64,000 nt of DNA from Mytilus trossulus (Eukaryota). The notes under the pieces are model-generated. The model saw only the letters and a list, made by a program, of their open reading frames with translations. It was not told the DNA's origin and did not search any database. Each line of letters begins with the position of its first letter. The stretch's first letter is position 1. Positions 45,340-59,647 of this stretch are shown piece after piece. The position numbers were made by a program, and so were the translations under genes. The stretch lies in assembly GCF_036588685.1 (NCBI RefSeq), contig NC_086381.1, forward strand, positions 21,018,001 through 21,082,000, written 5' to 3'.

Positions 45340-48250
45340 AGATGCCTTATCTTATGAAGTTCGACTGCCATGTGTCCATTGTCCTTGCCCTTATTTTCAT
45401 GGTTCAGTGAACAAAGTTAAGATTTTTAACATTCTTTATCAAGTTCATTCTTATTATTATTAACAGGATAACTTTATTTGGTAGGTGCGTTCCTTGCAAG
45501 GTTCCCATGTCTGACATGTATGTCAGACAGTTTTCACTTGACCTAGGTTTAGGTGAAGTTTTATGTTTTGGTCTGTTTTTCTAATACTAAAATTGAGAAT
45601 GGAAATGGTGAATGTGTCAAAGAGATAACAACCCGACCAAATAAAAAAACAACAGCAGAAGGTCACCAACAGGTCTTCAATGTAGCGAGAAATTCCCGCA
45701 CCCGGAGGCGTCCTTCAGCTGGCCCCTAAACAAATATATACTAGTTCAGTGATAATGAACGCCAATGCAATGTCAAATTTATTTTGTGTATTAAAAGATT
45801 TTACGATGTATATGTCAGGCTGGCCTGTTCTATTTGACATTGATCTCATGTTTACTGCTCAATGTTAAGTTTCTGTTTTAGGTCTGTTTTTCTTATACTT
45901 CAACAGTAATAGGTCAACTATATATATTTGGTGTGTGGAATGATTCTAAGATGTATATGTCTGTCAGGTAATTATCATCTGACCATGACCTAATGTTCAT
46001 GGTTTATTTGTCAGTCTTACTTTTTCCTGTTTATTAGATACTATATATATGTGTAATTGGTCGACTATATTTATATGGAATGATTGTAAGGTGTATATGT
46101 CTGTCAGGTAATTATCATCTGACCATGACCTAATATTCATGGTTTATTTGTCAGTCTTACGTTTTACTGTTTATGTTTGTTTCTTACATTCTATATGTAA
46201 TTGGTCAACTATATTTATATGGAATTATTGTAAGGTGTATATGTCTGTCAGGTAATTATCATCTGACCATGACCTAATATTCATGGTTTATTTGTCAGTC
46301 TTACGTTTTACTGTTTATGTTTGTTTCTTACATTCTATATGTAATTGGTCAACTATATTTATGTGGAATTATTGTAAGGTGTATATGTCTGTCAGGTAAT
46401 TATCATCTGACCATGACCTAATGTTCATGGTTCATTTGTCAGTCTTACGTTTTCCTGTTTATGTTTGTTTCTTACATTCTATATGTAATTGGTCAACTAT
46501 ATTTATATGGAATTATTGTAAGGTGTATATGTCTGTCAGGTAATTATCATCTGACCATGACCTAATATTCATGGTTTATTTGTCAGTCTTACGTTTTACT
46601 GTTTATGTTTGTTTCTTAGATACTATATGTAATTGGTCAACTATATTTATGTGGAATTATTGTAAGGTGTATATGTCTGTCAGGTAATTATCATCTGACC
46701 ATGACCTAATGTTCATGGTTCATTTGTCAGTCTTACGTTTTCCTGTTTATGTTTGTTTCTTACATTCTATATGTAATTGGTCAACTATATTTATATGGAA
46801 TGATTGTAAGGTGTATATGTCTGTCAGGTAATTATCATCTGACCATGACCTAATATTCATGGTTTATTTGTCAGTCTTACGTTTTACTGTTTATGTTTGT
46901 TTCTTACATTCTATATGTAATTGGTCAACTATATTTATATGGAATTATTTTAAGGTGTATATGTCTGTCAGGTAATTATCATCTGACCATGACCTAATAT
47001 TCATGGTTTATTTGTCAGTCTTACGTTTTACTGTTTATGTTTGTTTCTTAGATACTATATGTAATTGGTCAACTATATATATGTGGAATGATTGTAAGGT
47101 GCATGTATATGTCTGTCAGGTAATATTCGTGGTTCATTTGTCAGTCTAACGTTTTCCTTGTTATGTATTTGTTTCTTAGATACTATATATGATAGGTCAA
47201 CTTTATATATGTGGAATGATTGTAAGGCACATGTATATGTCTGTCAGGAATGATCATCTGACCATGACCTAATGTTCATGGTTCATTCGTAAGTCTTACG
47301 TTTTCCTTGTTTATGTATGTGTTTTTAGATACTTTATACGATAGGTCAACTTATTTATGTGGAATGATTGTAAGGTGTATAGGTCTGTCGGGAATAATTA
47401 TCTAACCATGACCTAATGTTCATGGTTCATTTGTTAGTCTTACGTTTTCCTGTTTATGATTGTTTCTTAGATACTATATGTTATAGGTGAACTTTATATA
47501 TGTGGAATGATAGTAAGGTGGATATGTCTGTCAGGTAATTATCATCTGACCATGACCCAACATTCGTGGTTCATTTGTCAGTTTTACATTGTCCTGGTTA
47601 TGTTTGTTTCTTAGATACTATATACAATAGGTCAACTATATTTAAGGTATGTAATGATTGTACTGTGTACATGTCTGTCTGGCAAGGTTTGTCGGACCCT
47701 GATCTCATTTTTACAGTTCATTTTACATTGCTCAATGTTAAGTTTCTGTTTTTAGATCTGTTTTATAATACTTATAATACAACAGTAACATGTCAACTAT
47801 ATTTGGTGTGTTGAACGATTGTAAGTGTAACAGTAAATTTGGTCCAGTAGTAAAATTTGTCTGGCAGACTTTTTTTCCTAGTTAATTAAGTCCATGTCCA
47901 TGATTTTACTAGGAGAATGTGAGTCCAATGTCAGACAAATTTATTGTAATTATTGCAAGGTATGCATGTCTGTCTGTCAGGGTTTCATCTGACCTTGACC
48001 TCATTTTCATGGTTCATTGATAAATGTTAAGTTTTCCTCGTTAAGTTTACTCAAATATGCAATTGGTCAACCATATCTAATAAAAATTTTGTGTATAAAG
48101 TGATTGTTAGGTGTAAATGTATTTCTAATTTGGTTTATCTAACCTTGATCTCATATTCTTGGATCAAGTTTAGTTTATGTGATAGTTGTAGTAATGCTTC
48201 ATATCTAGGAATATTAACATAAAGGTGAGACATTTCAGCATGTGCACATG
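45340..48250 (+). repeat. ~144-bp tandem satellite (about 12 clear units at ~45950-47650) inside a decayed HINE-like element
   Basis: ATATGTCTGTCAGG recurs at ~46095, 46239, 46383, 46527, 46671, 46815 and 46959. TGACC(A/T)TGACCT motif; degenerate units on both flanks; HINE-like 3' end GGTGAGACATTTCAGCATGTGCAC at ~48224. Confidence 0.8.
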
Positions 48251-49813
48251 TTTTTGTTGTCTATTTCTACAGCTTCTTTGTAAGTGTAGTGATCATGCTT
48301 TTACCTTATCACGAGTTCGGTTAGCTTTTGAGAATGTCTCTCCCATTATAAAAGATTCCAAAAAGTGGTTTTTACATTGATGTTCTTTTTTTCATAGATT
48401 CAGAAATATCATTGGGAGTGTTAACCCTTAGAGACCAAATGTGAGTAGGTTGCATTTCTTTTTTTTTTTTCATTAACTGATTAATTTTTTACCTCAGTGA
48501 TTGCATCAGACAGAACATGTCATGCAAAATGTAAGTTTTTAAGGACTTTTGGAAGTATTTCTTTCAAGATCAAAACAGATTATGTGGTGTTTTGAAAACC
48601 ACTACTCAAATAACTTCTGAATAGAATTCCAAAAGGGGTTGACTACCTTTTGAGGTCCATATACTTTTATTATAAAAAAAAACAACAATAGAAACGGCAT
48701 TCAATATATATGCAGATTATTATAAAAGGTGAGCAACACAAACTGCTTTGGGCCTGTAGATAATTATTTACCTTCCTGTCCGCCAATTTCAGACCTTTAC
48801 TTACAATAGAAAGTTCATAGTTGGTATAGAGATGGTTTAGTGAATCAAAAACTAATCTAATTATGATAGCTTTGGATCAAGCAGATGGATCAAGCTCAGG
48901 TCACACGATATTTAACTCATTCATAAAACAAACTCAAGATTGGTCCATTACAAGAAAAACAATTATTTAGGGACACATGTATTAGGATTAAGGTAAATAG
49001 AATGGTGTTTTGGTTACAATAAAAAGAGCAAATTTATGATGTTTTATCCCATAATACTTATCCAAATTATTAAAAGTGTCAATAATGTTGTCACTTTTAT
49101 AAATTTCCTGTTTACAAAACTTTGAATTTTTCGAAAAACTAAGGACTTTCTTATCCCAGGCATAGATTACCTTAGCCATATTTGGCACAACTTTTGGGAA
49201 TTTTGGATCTTCAATGCTCTTAAACTCTGTACTTGTTTGGCTTTATAAATATCTTGATATGAGGTTCACTTGATGAGTCATATGTAGACGAAACGCGCGT
49301 CTAGCGTACTAAATTATAATCCTGGTAACTTTGATAACTATCAGTAAAACTTTTGAATGGACAACTTCAACATAAAGATTTTAAACTCTTGGTTCAATAA
49401 CTTTCTTGGTCTGGTAGTTGTCTCTTCGAAATATTCCCCATTCCCATTCTCAATTTTATAACACACATATCAAAATTTCTTAATAAAATCTTTTCACAGT
49501 TTATATACATGTACAAAGATAATCTTATAATTTCCTTTAGTTGTATTGTATCCAGCTCGAGAAAACAACTGAGACTCAAAGAATGAAAAAGTATGCATTG
49601 AATTAATGCATTGAGAGTCTTTTATTGCATAAGAAATGTAATATTATGTCAGTAATACAAAATAGATATTCAGAACTTTTAAAAGCAATTGTAAGGATTT
49701 GTAAAAAAGAGAAGAATTGACAGTGATTTGTTCTTTTGAATATTTTTAACAACAGAGGAGAATTTGAAAAGTTGTATCTGTTTAGTGTTCATTGATTTTT
49801 TGTCAGACGCTGA

Positions 49814-52800
49814 CTACACTGTAAAGGATCCAACATAAACAATGCTGGTATCTTCCATGTTAGGCATGATATTGAGTCTCCACATTCCTGGACCAAATAC
49901 CACTGAAAAAATACAATAATAAAATCATTAGTCTTTACTTCTATCAGTAAAACTTTTTTAAATTATTTATACATGTAATTATCAAAGTCAAAAGGACTTC
50001 ATTAGTATAGTTATTGATTTCTATATATTTTGCATCTTGCATCAGATCTTTCAACTGATGAGGAAACTAGTACTCTTTTCATAATGGTACACCACACAGT
50101 CATGACAGGAAGCAATTAGTTCAAAATTCATTTAAACTGGAAGTTTACTGAGGAAATATTGGTGTAAACAAATCGATTTATGTTTGAGGCTATATTTTAA
50201 GTTACAACTGGTCATAATTCTTGTGAAAAAACATAACTAGCATAATATTCTGCACATCAGGTGTTATTCCTCAAGCAATTGCATCACTCAATAAAACTTT
50301 TCATTCATGATAACATGTGGTCCCACAATAGAGTGCATAGGTGAATTGAAAAAAAAAGTTATAAAATTTATTTTTTTCATGATCATAGCTAATAAATTTA
50401 ATTATAAGTATTGAATGCTTCTTTTTGGAACTTCATATGGTTGTAAAAGCATTGACCGTGTGCACATTTTTAGAATGAATTGCGGAACAAAATGTACTTC
50501 GTTCAACGCTTTTACACCCCAATAAATTTACAAAAAGTAGCATTCAATTCTTAAATAAATTTCCCTGGGATAATACTGGTATATTAGATATACAGAAGTT
50601 TTGCCTGGAAACAGGTCACCTACGAAGTTATTAAATGATGTAAAATATCATTTCGAATAAAACTGTTGCTCATATATTTTGACCAAAAACTATGCATGAA
50701 GTGGCCAGTTCAGGTCAAATTTTTATGTAAAAAAATATGGGAATGAGGGGTAGGCTCTTTTTATGGCAATCACCCATACAATTGCATGTTTCTTTGCATA
50801 TATAAGCAATCAATTTGAACATCATAACCTACCCCAATACAAAAATAATTCCAACCCAAGAATTCCCCCTTTTTATTTTTATTTCTGGAATAACCTTTAC
50901 AACAAAATTCTAACCACTTACCTATATCTCCTTCTTTCAGGTCAACATGGAGAGGGGAACAAACATCACTGCATTCTTGTACTGAAGAAAATACAGCCTT
51001 TCTGTTTCCCTTCACTATGGAAACAAATACAGCTTGGTAGAACCCTCCAATCTATAAAAGAGACCATAAATATATTCTCAAATCAGCTGTATAAGTCAAA
51101 CGTATTTTCAGATCTAAACAGAAGGCCAAACATATTCACAAATCTGTTATACAGGCTATATTTATTCTTAGATCTGTGCCATAGACCATTAATATTCTCA
51201 AACCTGTCATATAAGCCATACATCATGTACATATTCTGAAATCTGTTATATAGTCCATACATATTCTCAAATCAGTTGTATGCTGATAAGCCAAACATAT
51301 TATCAAATCTGATATATACTGTGAAAGTACTTTTATTCGTGGGGTACCAATTTTTGTGGTTTTCGTGGGTGACTCTATCCAAGAATTTAAGTGACCAACG
51401 AAATAAAACAACCATTGTCCACATCAAGACATGGAAAGATCCTCATCTGTATTTTGACTACTGATATGATGTTTTAATTCTCATAAAAAATAGTTTTGAT
51501 CGATAAAAGTAAGATTTCCGGTATTGATATGCTAGTATGATAAAGTGTTCATTTTAAATCCTCATAGTTCTCGTACACTATAAGAAATAATAATTTCATG
51601 CTGGGCTTGATTTTGATAAGAATTATTTGACAAATCAAGATACGTTTATAGCATTTATTTATGTTTCAGTTTTCTTAAGGTGACATCTTTATGGCCTAAT
51701 TAACACCTTTGATGGTCTTTAATCTGTGGATCACTTTATCATGGGTTAGTTACACCGCCAATGTTTACTTTGCAATTTCCTTCAATCCAGACTATTTGTC
51801 ACTTTCGTTTCTATAATTTTTCAATTATTATTTTTAAGAAAAAGAAAATCCACGAATTTAAAAACCCACGAACATGTAAATATTGCTAAAACTACGGAAA
51901 TTGATACCCACGAATTAAAGTACTTTCACAGTAAGCAACAACATCTTAGGAGATTATATAATGATATCGGAAGGTATAAATCAACTTATTGCAACGACTG
52001 GTAAAACATATAGAGAAACAGACTCATTTATCACTAATTATCTTTTTAACATATGTACATTTCAACTCTATAAAACATTCAATTTAACCTTAATTTATAC
52101 CTAAAAATGTAGCTCTAGTGTGTATGTGTGTATATCAATTTTACTTGATGTTTTTTAAAAACTTTCTACAGCGCTCATAGTCCTGGAACTTTTTCTGCTT
52201 GCTTTTCAAAAATATTTTTCTACATTGGCAGTAACGCCCATTTTTGCCCTCAAACATTTGTCGAAGTTCAAAGATCAAACAATTTCAAAGTACAGTGAAG
52301 TAGAGTAGAGATAAAAAAGAATCAGGTGGCTATTTAAAGCATAACCTTTCAACCCTAAAAAACACAAATACACATAATCAAATGAATTATATTGTTTTGC
52401 TCTTTTAAACCTACTATTTCAAATAGTTGTGACCTTGGACCATCTATGTACAGTGTCTTCTCTAATGCCACTTCTGATTCTGGGGGAACAAATTCTGGTC
52501 TTGGAAACATCTTCCTCAATATCTGGCTACTAGCCATGTTCTTCGATACCCTGAAGAAGAACATAATATGTGGCAATGAAATTCGGTCCCAAGACTGGTA
52601 TTTTTCACATAATTACACCTTATGTAATCCTGATTGAATGTAGTTGTTTCCTGGCAGAAAAACTAAGTCCAATTATGAGTAAAATACTGAAAGAATAGAT
52701 TTTAATTTTTTACAAAATATACTTTTGAATACGAACTATCTTATGATCATAAACAAGCTTCTGTCCAAGTTTGGTAGAAATCCAGGATATTTTAAGAAAG

Positions 52801-55800
52801 TTATTAAAATTTTAAAAACTTTGAGTAATGTTTCCTGGCAGAAAATTAAGTCTACTTAATATAAGTAAAATACGGAAAAATAGATTTTTGTATTTACAAC
52901 ATATTCTTCTGGATACTATCTTATGATCATAAACAAGCATCTGTTTGGTAGAAATCCAGGATAGTTTGATAGAGTTTTAAATATCAAAAACTTTAACCAC
53001 AGGGTGAATATTTGTGAACACCACCGCCGACAGAATGTAGGATCGCTATGTCTTGCTTTACGACTAAAGTTGAAGGCTCGACAAAAAGGTTTCTTATGAA
53101 ATTACGACAAAAGTTGAAGGCTCGACAAAAAGGTTTCTTATGAAATTACGACAAAAGTTGAAGGCTCGACAAAAAGGTTTCTTATGAAATTACGACAAAA
53201 GTTGAAGGCTCGACAAAAAGGTTTCTTATGAAATTAGAACTCACAAATTATTTTTATATATTATTTAGAGACAGATCAAGGGCCATTCACAGACAATTCA
53301 GCTAAATACCTAAGAGTGTAAATATGTCTATTGCTTTGCTTTTTTTTTCTAGAACACACATACAATGTATTACCAGTGCACACTTAATCCTGTTTTCTTC
53401 TTTAGGTTATCATTGTCTTTTAATCCAAACAAACTGCCAATGTCCGGTACTTCTTGGTCTGTGGAATAGAATCTGGCCACTGATGTATCAAGGACATCTT
53501 TGTTTTTGTTGTACAGATCTACCACGTCCTCAAAGGTTACAGTTGGAACCATTTTTGGCTAAGTAATGTAAAAAAATTATAACATAAATACATAAATACA
53601 GGTCTGAATCTAAAGGCAAAATCATTAACACATCGACAGAAGATGCTGATATTAAAATGATCAGTGAATTTTTAATTTGGTATAATTATTTTTCTCATAT
53701 AAATTTAAAATTTCTTGGCATTTTTTAAACTTAGCACAATCTCTTCATATCATAGAGTTATCAAGTTCTCTGAATTTTTACAAAGTATGCTTTAAACTGT
53801 ATGTAATAGTCAGGATACTCCTAGAACTAACTTTTGTGGTCTAGCAATTTTCACCCTTCTCACGTACAAATATGTCATGTTTGTGAAATGTTGTAACTTC
53901 AGAAACAAGTACATAAATGTTAGAAAAAAATACACTTTATCTCTACTTAGTCCAATTTGGAAAAAAAACAGTCATTTAAACAACTTCCTGTTTAGAGGAG
54001 GAAAGAGGAAAAATTTTAAAAGTGATCAATAGGAAACTTTGATAGATTATGATTCACTTTTATAAAACTCAAATTATTATCAAAAAATATTTTGTTTGAA
54101 GTATTTACGATGGTTTAAACAGGTCTCATTAAATACAATCATGCATGGTGCAGTGTTTAAACAGGGTCCAAAATAGCTTTAACTAGATAAGAAAGTTGTG
54201 TAATTTTAGAACTTATCCGGAATCGAAAAAATAGCGATTAGGTGTATATGAACTATCAAAACTGTTTGAAGAGCTCACAAATGTATACCATAACTCAATC
54301 CTGCCCACTGTCTTTTGAATACTAGTAGACATGGCAGACAATATTTTCATGTAGAAAACTCAATTATTCGGATATTCTAATGACAGTGCCCTAGGCATCA
54401 GAACATTTCGAATCGATCAATTAATTTTCTGCAGCAGCCCCTTAAGTGTTGTTGTTTGTTATAAGGCTTTCTAAATTTTATTTGAATAAAAGAATTGCTG
54501 CAGGTGGTGCACAATGCTATTTTGTTTTCAAAGATACGAAAAGACAAGTACTATAATGACTATGATCAGTATATTATATAAATTGTATACCTTGAAAACA
54601 AAAGGTTGTTGTTGCTGGCAGTGTCTCTTGACAACCCAATGTATGGGTTCAGTCATCAGCTTGACTTCATGGGTATCCATACACAGGTCACATTCCTGGA
54701 TCGGCTCCCTAAAGAATGGATTGTCCAATAGACATTCTGCATCATAATAAGCTGAAAAACATTTCAATTGAGGCTGGTAATCATGATGAACAATATTAAA
54801 TTGCCATTCTAAACTTTACAAACACTTACAGTATTCAATTAATTTAGTAAAATATATATACTCTTTTTTAGGCAATATTGAGCTTCCAAAGAAAATGTTG
54901 GAAAAGTCAAATATTTTTACAACCAATAAGATATATATTCTGTCAATTCAGCTGTCAACAAGTAAAAACTGCCAAATCTTTTCAGGAAACCTAAAGGACT
55001 TTAACAGTAACTTTACCTTCCGCAATAAACTACATCAAACAGGCTATTATTTGAACTTGAAATTATTTTTAATTATGGAATTTGCATAATTTCTAGTGCT
55101 GGAATTTTTTTAATAAATTCCATGTTTATTTTGTACTCAAATGTTCTGTGCTGCACACAACACTGTCTATTACAAAGGAGATAGTACATTTTCAATAGAA
55201 TGAACTGTGCTGCGCACAACACTATCTATACAAAATACATTGTATGGAAAGTGTTATGATCCGCTCAAAACATTATACGGTAATACATTTTTTTACCAAA
55301 TAAGCATAGAATTTATTAAAAATTTCCAGCACTAGAAATTATGCAAATTCCATAATTAAAAATTTTCCAAGTTCAAATAATAGCCTGTTATCAGCACAGA
55401 TTAATGAAATACAGAGAGACAATTAAAGCCACGAGATATAAACCATTGTTTTGTATGTAGAATGAAGAAGACTTATCAGTGGCGGACCCAGAACTTATCA
55501 TAAGGGAGGCCCGCTGACTGACCTAAGGGGGTCCCACTCAAGTCATGCGTTTAGTCTTAGAGGCATGATTTTTTTATTAGTTGTTAGTGGCTTTGAACTA
55601 GCTGTCAGATAACCGTGAGTACTCTCAGATCTGTTTCAAATTTCAAGTCAAGAGAGTTTGAGAAAAAGAGAGTTAGCGCAAGCAATATTTTATTATGAAG
55701 TATAATAAATTTCAATATATATTCATATTCAGAAACAAGCAACAAGTGTTGTTCAATGTGAGCCAAGGCTCTGTGTTGAAGACCATACCTTGACCCATAA

Positions 55801-58058
55801 TTGTTTACCTTTTATAAATTGTGACTTTGAAGGTGAGTTTTCTCATTCATTTGTCACTGGCACTCATACTGCATCTTCCTAGCTCTAAATATTGTGTTAA
55901 TCTATCTGCAAGCTTATTATGTTAATCTATCTGCAAGCTAACAATATAGGACTTTGGGCAAGTCCAGTAAAAATTGGTTTGGTCCAGTTAAGTGACATGC
56001 ATAACTGACAAATATTTTTTAATGTTTGTTCAAATGATATGTCAAAGCATCTGGTCCTTTTGAGAATGGTTTACTAGACCAAATCTTCAGTAGATTTATC
56101 ATTTAGCCTTGGGAACTGATGGACTATTTCTAAAAATTCTTTTCATACATTTTTGTACTTTTGAATATTATCAATATGCCATTGTTTTTTCTTGATAATA
56201 GTTAATCAAATCATGCTTTATAACAACATCTGGTTTTAAAAAGGTCTCATGTTTCTTTTTTTCAATTTTAGGTTTACATTACTTGTAGTATATAACATCA
56301 TGTTACAATGTATTATTGATTTTGGAAATTCAATATTTATCATGTACATGTATATAAAATCTTACATGTTTATTAAAATTATTTTCCATCTACACATTCT
56401 TTGGCTTATCGAATAAGAATTATCTAACACTATTGATACCCCACTAAGAAATCTCTTTTTTTTGGATTTTCATCCAGAACAAAGAACATTGGATATATGT
56501 TTTCCATATCATTTCCCTTTCATGAAACAATTGCAGCCCCACTGTCTATATACATGATATATATTGTTTGTCTTAATTTAATAGGAACTATATCTGTTCA
56601 AAATTAAGTGATCAGTAATCTTTGGATTTTTCTCTCGCTTACAAGGTTGGATGTTTCGATCAGATCACTTGTTTACTGCATTTTGGCCCAGGCATATAAT
56701 ATATATATAAATGAAAAATATTAAGAAATAAAACTGCTAAAATTGTTGTATTACAAATACATTTAAGTCTTTCTGAACTTCTTTTAAGGTCATTATTAGT
56801 ACATACAGAAATAAACATTTAAATTAATTAAAAGTTTTAAATAATGTCATGAATAACATGCAATAAATCTCATGCATATTGCAGCCTTAATCATCATGAT
56901 CATGGTAATGAAATATACATGTATATTATAGGTGGACAATTAATTCAATTACCTGTAATTAGGACTGATCACAGGTGTTAACAATGATAACAGTGATCAA
57001 CAATTTGACAGTTTATGCTAATCACTTATGTAATGCCTTTGATCAGGGACATATATAAGTCCTTGCTTTGATGCAAGAATAAAGGACTAAATTCCATAGA
57101 CAAATAAAGAAGGATACACATGTGGATGGCTGGATAACATCCAGTGGGAAATTAAATAAATATTCAATAGGAAATATGTTAATATGCACTGTGAATATGA
57201 ACATGCATAATTGCTTTGTCATAGAGGGACAAGCTGACATGTCAACTTACCTGCTATATATTGCTTATTTTTTGTGCTGGGAGCTAAATTAAGAAGCTTT
57301 GAATTTCTTTAATTTCCAAGTCATTAGTTTGACCCGGCAAGGGATTGAACCCATGTCCTCCCAAACTCTACATGCTCTAAGAACAATGAAGAGTGCAACA
57401 AAGAGACCACCAGGGGCAATACGAGAAAATATATAAAACTAAATAAAACAATTCTTGAGATAGGTTAGTCCAAATAACACTGAATAAATTGGGAAAAGCT
57501 TGGAAAAAGTGAGGATATGTGAAGCAACCATGGTTAAAAAATTGAACATCAACATAAATTTGGTGATAGACCTAGATTCCTTGTGTACAGGCCTGACTAT
57601 AGAATCTATTAAACACTATACATAAGTGAACCAACAATAGTAACTACAGTTTTTGAATTATTGTTCCTCTTACATGTTATGTTCACTATCTTGTGTAGAG
57701 GCAGTGTGGCAAGACGAATCGCACGAAACACCTCGTATCCATAAGGCTGTAGAACCTTCATTACGTAATTTCCAGTTGCTTCATGGTAGGATGCTAACAT
57801 AAAAACGCAAAACAAGACAGTAAATGTGATTAAAATCACTTTGAACATTAATTTCACACCCTGGCTAAATCTTAGCCATATTTCCATTGCTGTAATCCTA
57901 TTCTCGTTTTCCCTTGGGACATCAGCCTCATTTTCTAGTGCTTTGTCAATGCATGCATTGATCTCATCTGTTGTCATGCCCCATTCTGAACCAAGTCTCT
58001 TTAATTCAGAGACATTCCTTTTCAAAAAGAACATAAATTCGACTGCTTCCGTGTCCAT
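49814..58058 (-). CDS. C6orf89 / bombesin receptor-activated protein-like, single-pass membrane protein, 361 aa, 6 exons
   Basis: Exons 58058-57674, 54751-54591, 53558-53374, 52550-52415, 51051-50922, 49902-49814; all GT-AG, 1086 nt in frame. TM segment, ECLLDNPF..CDLC, LRKMFPRPEFVP, C..VC..LHVDLKEGDI..W. Family assignment from recalled motifs. AATAAA (-) at ~49621. Confidence 0.8.
51055..51315. repeat. Degenerate ~30-bp tandem repeat abutting the exon 5 acceptor
   Basis: About 8 units like AGGCCAAACATATTCTCAAATCTGTTATAT. Confidence 0.65.
51319..51931. mobile_element. Tc1/mariner-type MITE, TA TSD
   Basis: TA|CTGTGAAAGTACTTTTATTCGTGGG ... CCCACGAATTAAAGTACTTTCACAG|TA. Confidence 0.8.
53058..53235. 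repeat. 44-bp x4 tandem repeat of a HINE terminus plus flank
   Basis: TTACGACAAAAGTTGAAGGCTCGACAAAAAGGTTTCTTATGAAA at 53058, 53102, 53146 and 53190, continuous with the reversed HINE at ~52640-53085. Confidence 0.85.
55038..55389. mobile_element. Foldback MITE with ~90-bp TIRs and 4-bp TSD ATCA
   Basis: AACAGGCTATTATTTGAACTTG... / ...CAAGTTCAAATAATAGCCTGTT, flanked by ATCA (55034-37, 55390-93). Confidence 0.8.
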
Positions 58059-58331
58059 GTTGTCAGTAAATAATGTCCTCGGTATTCTTCTGTGTATCAG
58101 TAAAAAGTCCGGAAAGCTTCCGAAAACAACACAAACAAATGATAACTTTTATAGTTTTCATTTTACAATTTTTTGTTTCATTCAACGAATAATTTCCATT
58201 AGTAATATCAATATCTTAATAAATTAAATCAACTAAACAAAATATTAAAGAAAAGAATCATCTACAGTGTAAATATAATGGATGATAACAACATCATTTT
58301 TATTGATCTTTTATGATTTTGATAAACAAGC

Positions 58332-58432
58332 ATGGCGTATATTGACAGCCTCCGGTTGCAGAAAAAGTTTCCCAGTTTACCGGAGACTGAAACTTCTAAG
58401 CAAGTTCAAGAAACAGTTTTAAAATTATCATG
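58332..58432 (+). CDS. Probable first coding exon of an unidentified gene divergent from the C6orf89-like gene
   Basis: AAGCATGG start, open frame MAYIDSLRLQKKFPSLPETETSKQVQETVLKLS, donor TG|GTAAAT, CpG-richer context. No downstream exon confidently found. Confidence 0.5.
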
Positions 58433-59483
58433 GTAAATATAACGTGAATAAATTGATTGGTTTAGACCATTGTCATTTTACCTTGATATTTAAAACTATA
58501 AAGTGCCCGTGTTTACGACGACGTTCGCGTAAATTAAAATATTTTAATGGATATTGCATGTATTCCTTACGTTTTAATTGAAGACTTATCACATGCATAA
58601 AATGTTTTTAAAGAAACCTGCACGGTTGGTTAAATGTTCAATTCATAGGAAAAGGGTCTAGTACGTTAATGTAATTAGGTCAAATAAACGAAGGCAATTG
58701 GAGTCTATTTATAGATGCCGTAGCGAACAACGGAGCCGCGGCAAGAGTTCACATTGATTGACAGATGAATGCAATTATAAATATCCAGATGTTTATCCCC
58801 AAGGCGTAGTGTGTAGACTGCAGTTATTAAGTGTGTGAAAATCTTATGTTACAAAATTTTATTAAGCTGTTGAGTAAATGTACCTGTATGCAAGTAATGT
58901 GTGTGATTTATAGAGCTGGTATAATTTGAGGTAAACTACATGATCACAGTGACACACAATACAACATATTATATACTAACATTTTCATTTGATGATTTCC
59001 CTATTGACCTAATATTCAATTTTATATTTTGTACGTCATGGTAGGAAAATAAAATTTGAATATTCACTGTGCGGAGGTTTTATTGCGTGTTGCACAGTGT
59101 TGCACAACTTATGGTTAACAAAGGCAAAGGTTGGGTTTTGTATGAATGTTCCACGGCTGGCAGGTACGGTAATGTGCCTATTCAAAGTCTGCTGTTGTTG
59201 AAAATATTTTGTTCAGTGTTGATTGTTTACATGTTTATATCCATCTGTTTTTTTCATCGGACAAAGCAGGGACTTCACAGACTTTCTAATAATTGTCGCC
59301 AGAAATATTATCCTTTTCCTTTCTCTTTTTTTCAGTCATGAATTGCATATTATTATAACTTTATACATATATGCTTCATATAAAGTTATATCATATCATG
59401 CATTTCAGGTTTAAAATTTTTAGTTACAGATTTCCATTCTCATCATAAACCCTTCCAATAAAACCTTTCATACATGTAACTTT

Positions 59484-59647
59484 TAGTGGCGGATCCAGAA
59501 ATTTTCATAAGAGGGGACCACTGGCTGCCTAAGAGGGGGCCAGCTCCAGTCATGCTTCAGTAATTCCCTATATGAAATGTAAGCAACCAAATTTTTCCCA
59601 CAAAAAAGGGGGGGGGGGCCCTGAAAAACCCTCTAAATCCACCTCTG
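59484..59647. mobile_element. hAT5-like MITE, same family as 1411-1563
   Basis: Alignable along its length; 5-bp TSD ACTTT. Confidence 0.7.

Noticed and set aside
50763-51239. 158-aa plus-strand ORF
   Set aside because: Antisense to exon 5 of the C6orf89-like gene and extended by a 30-bp repeat; no protein-like features.
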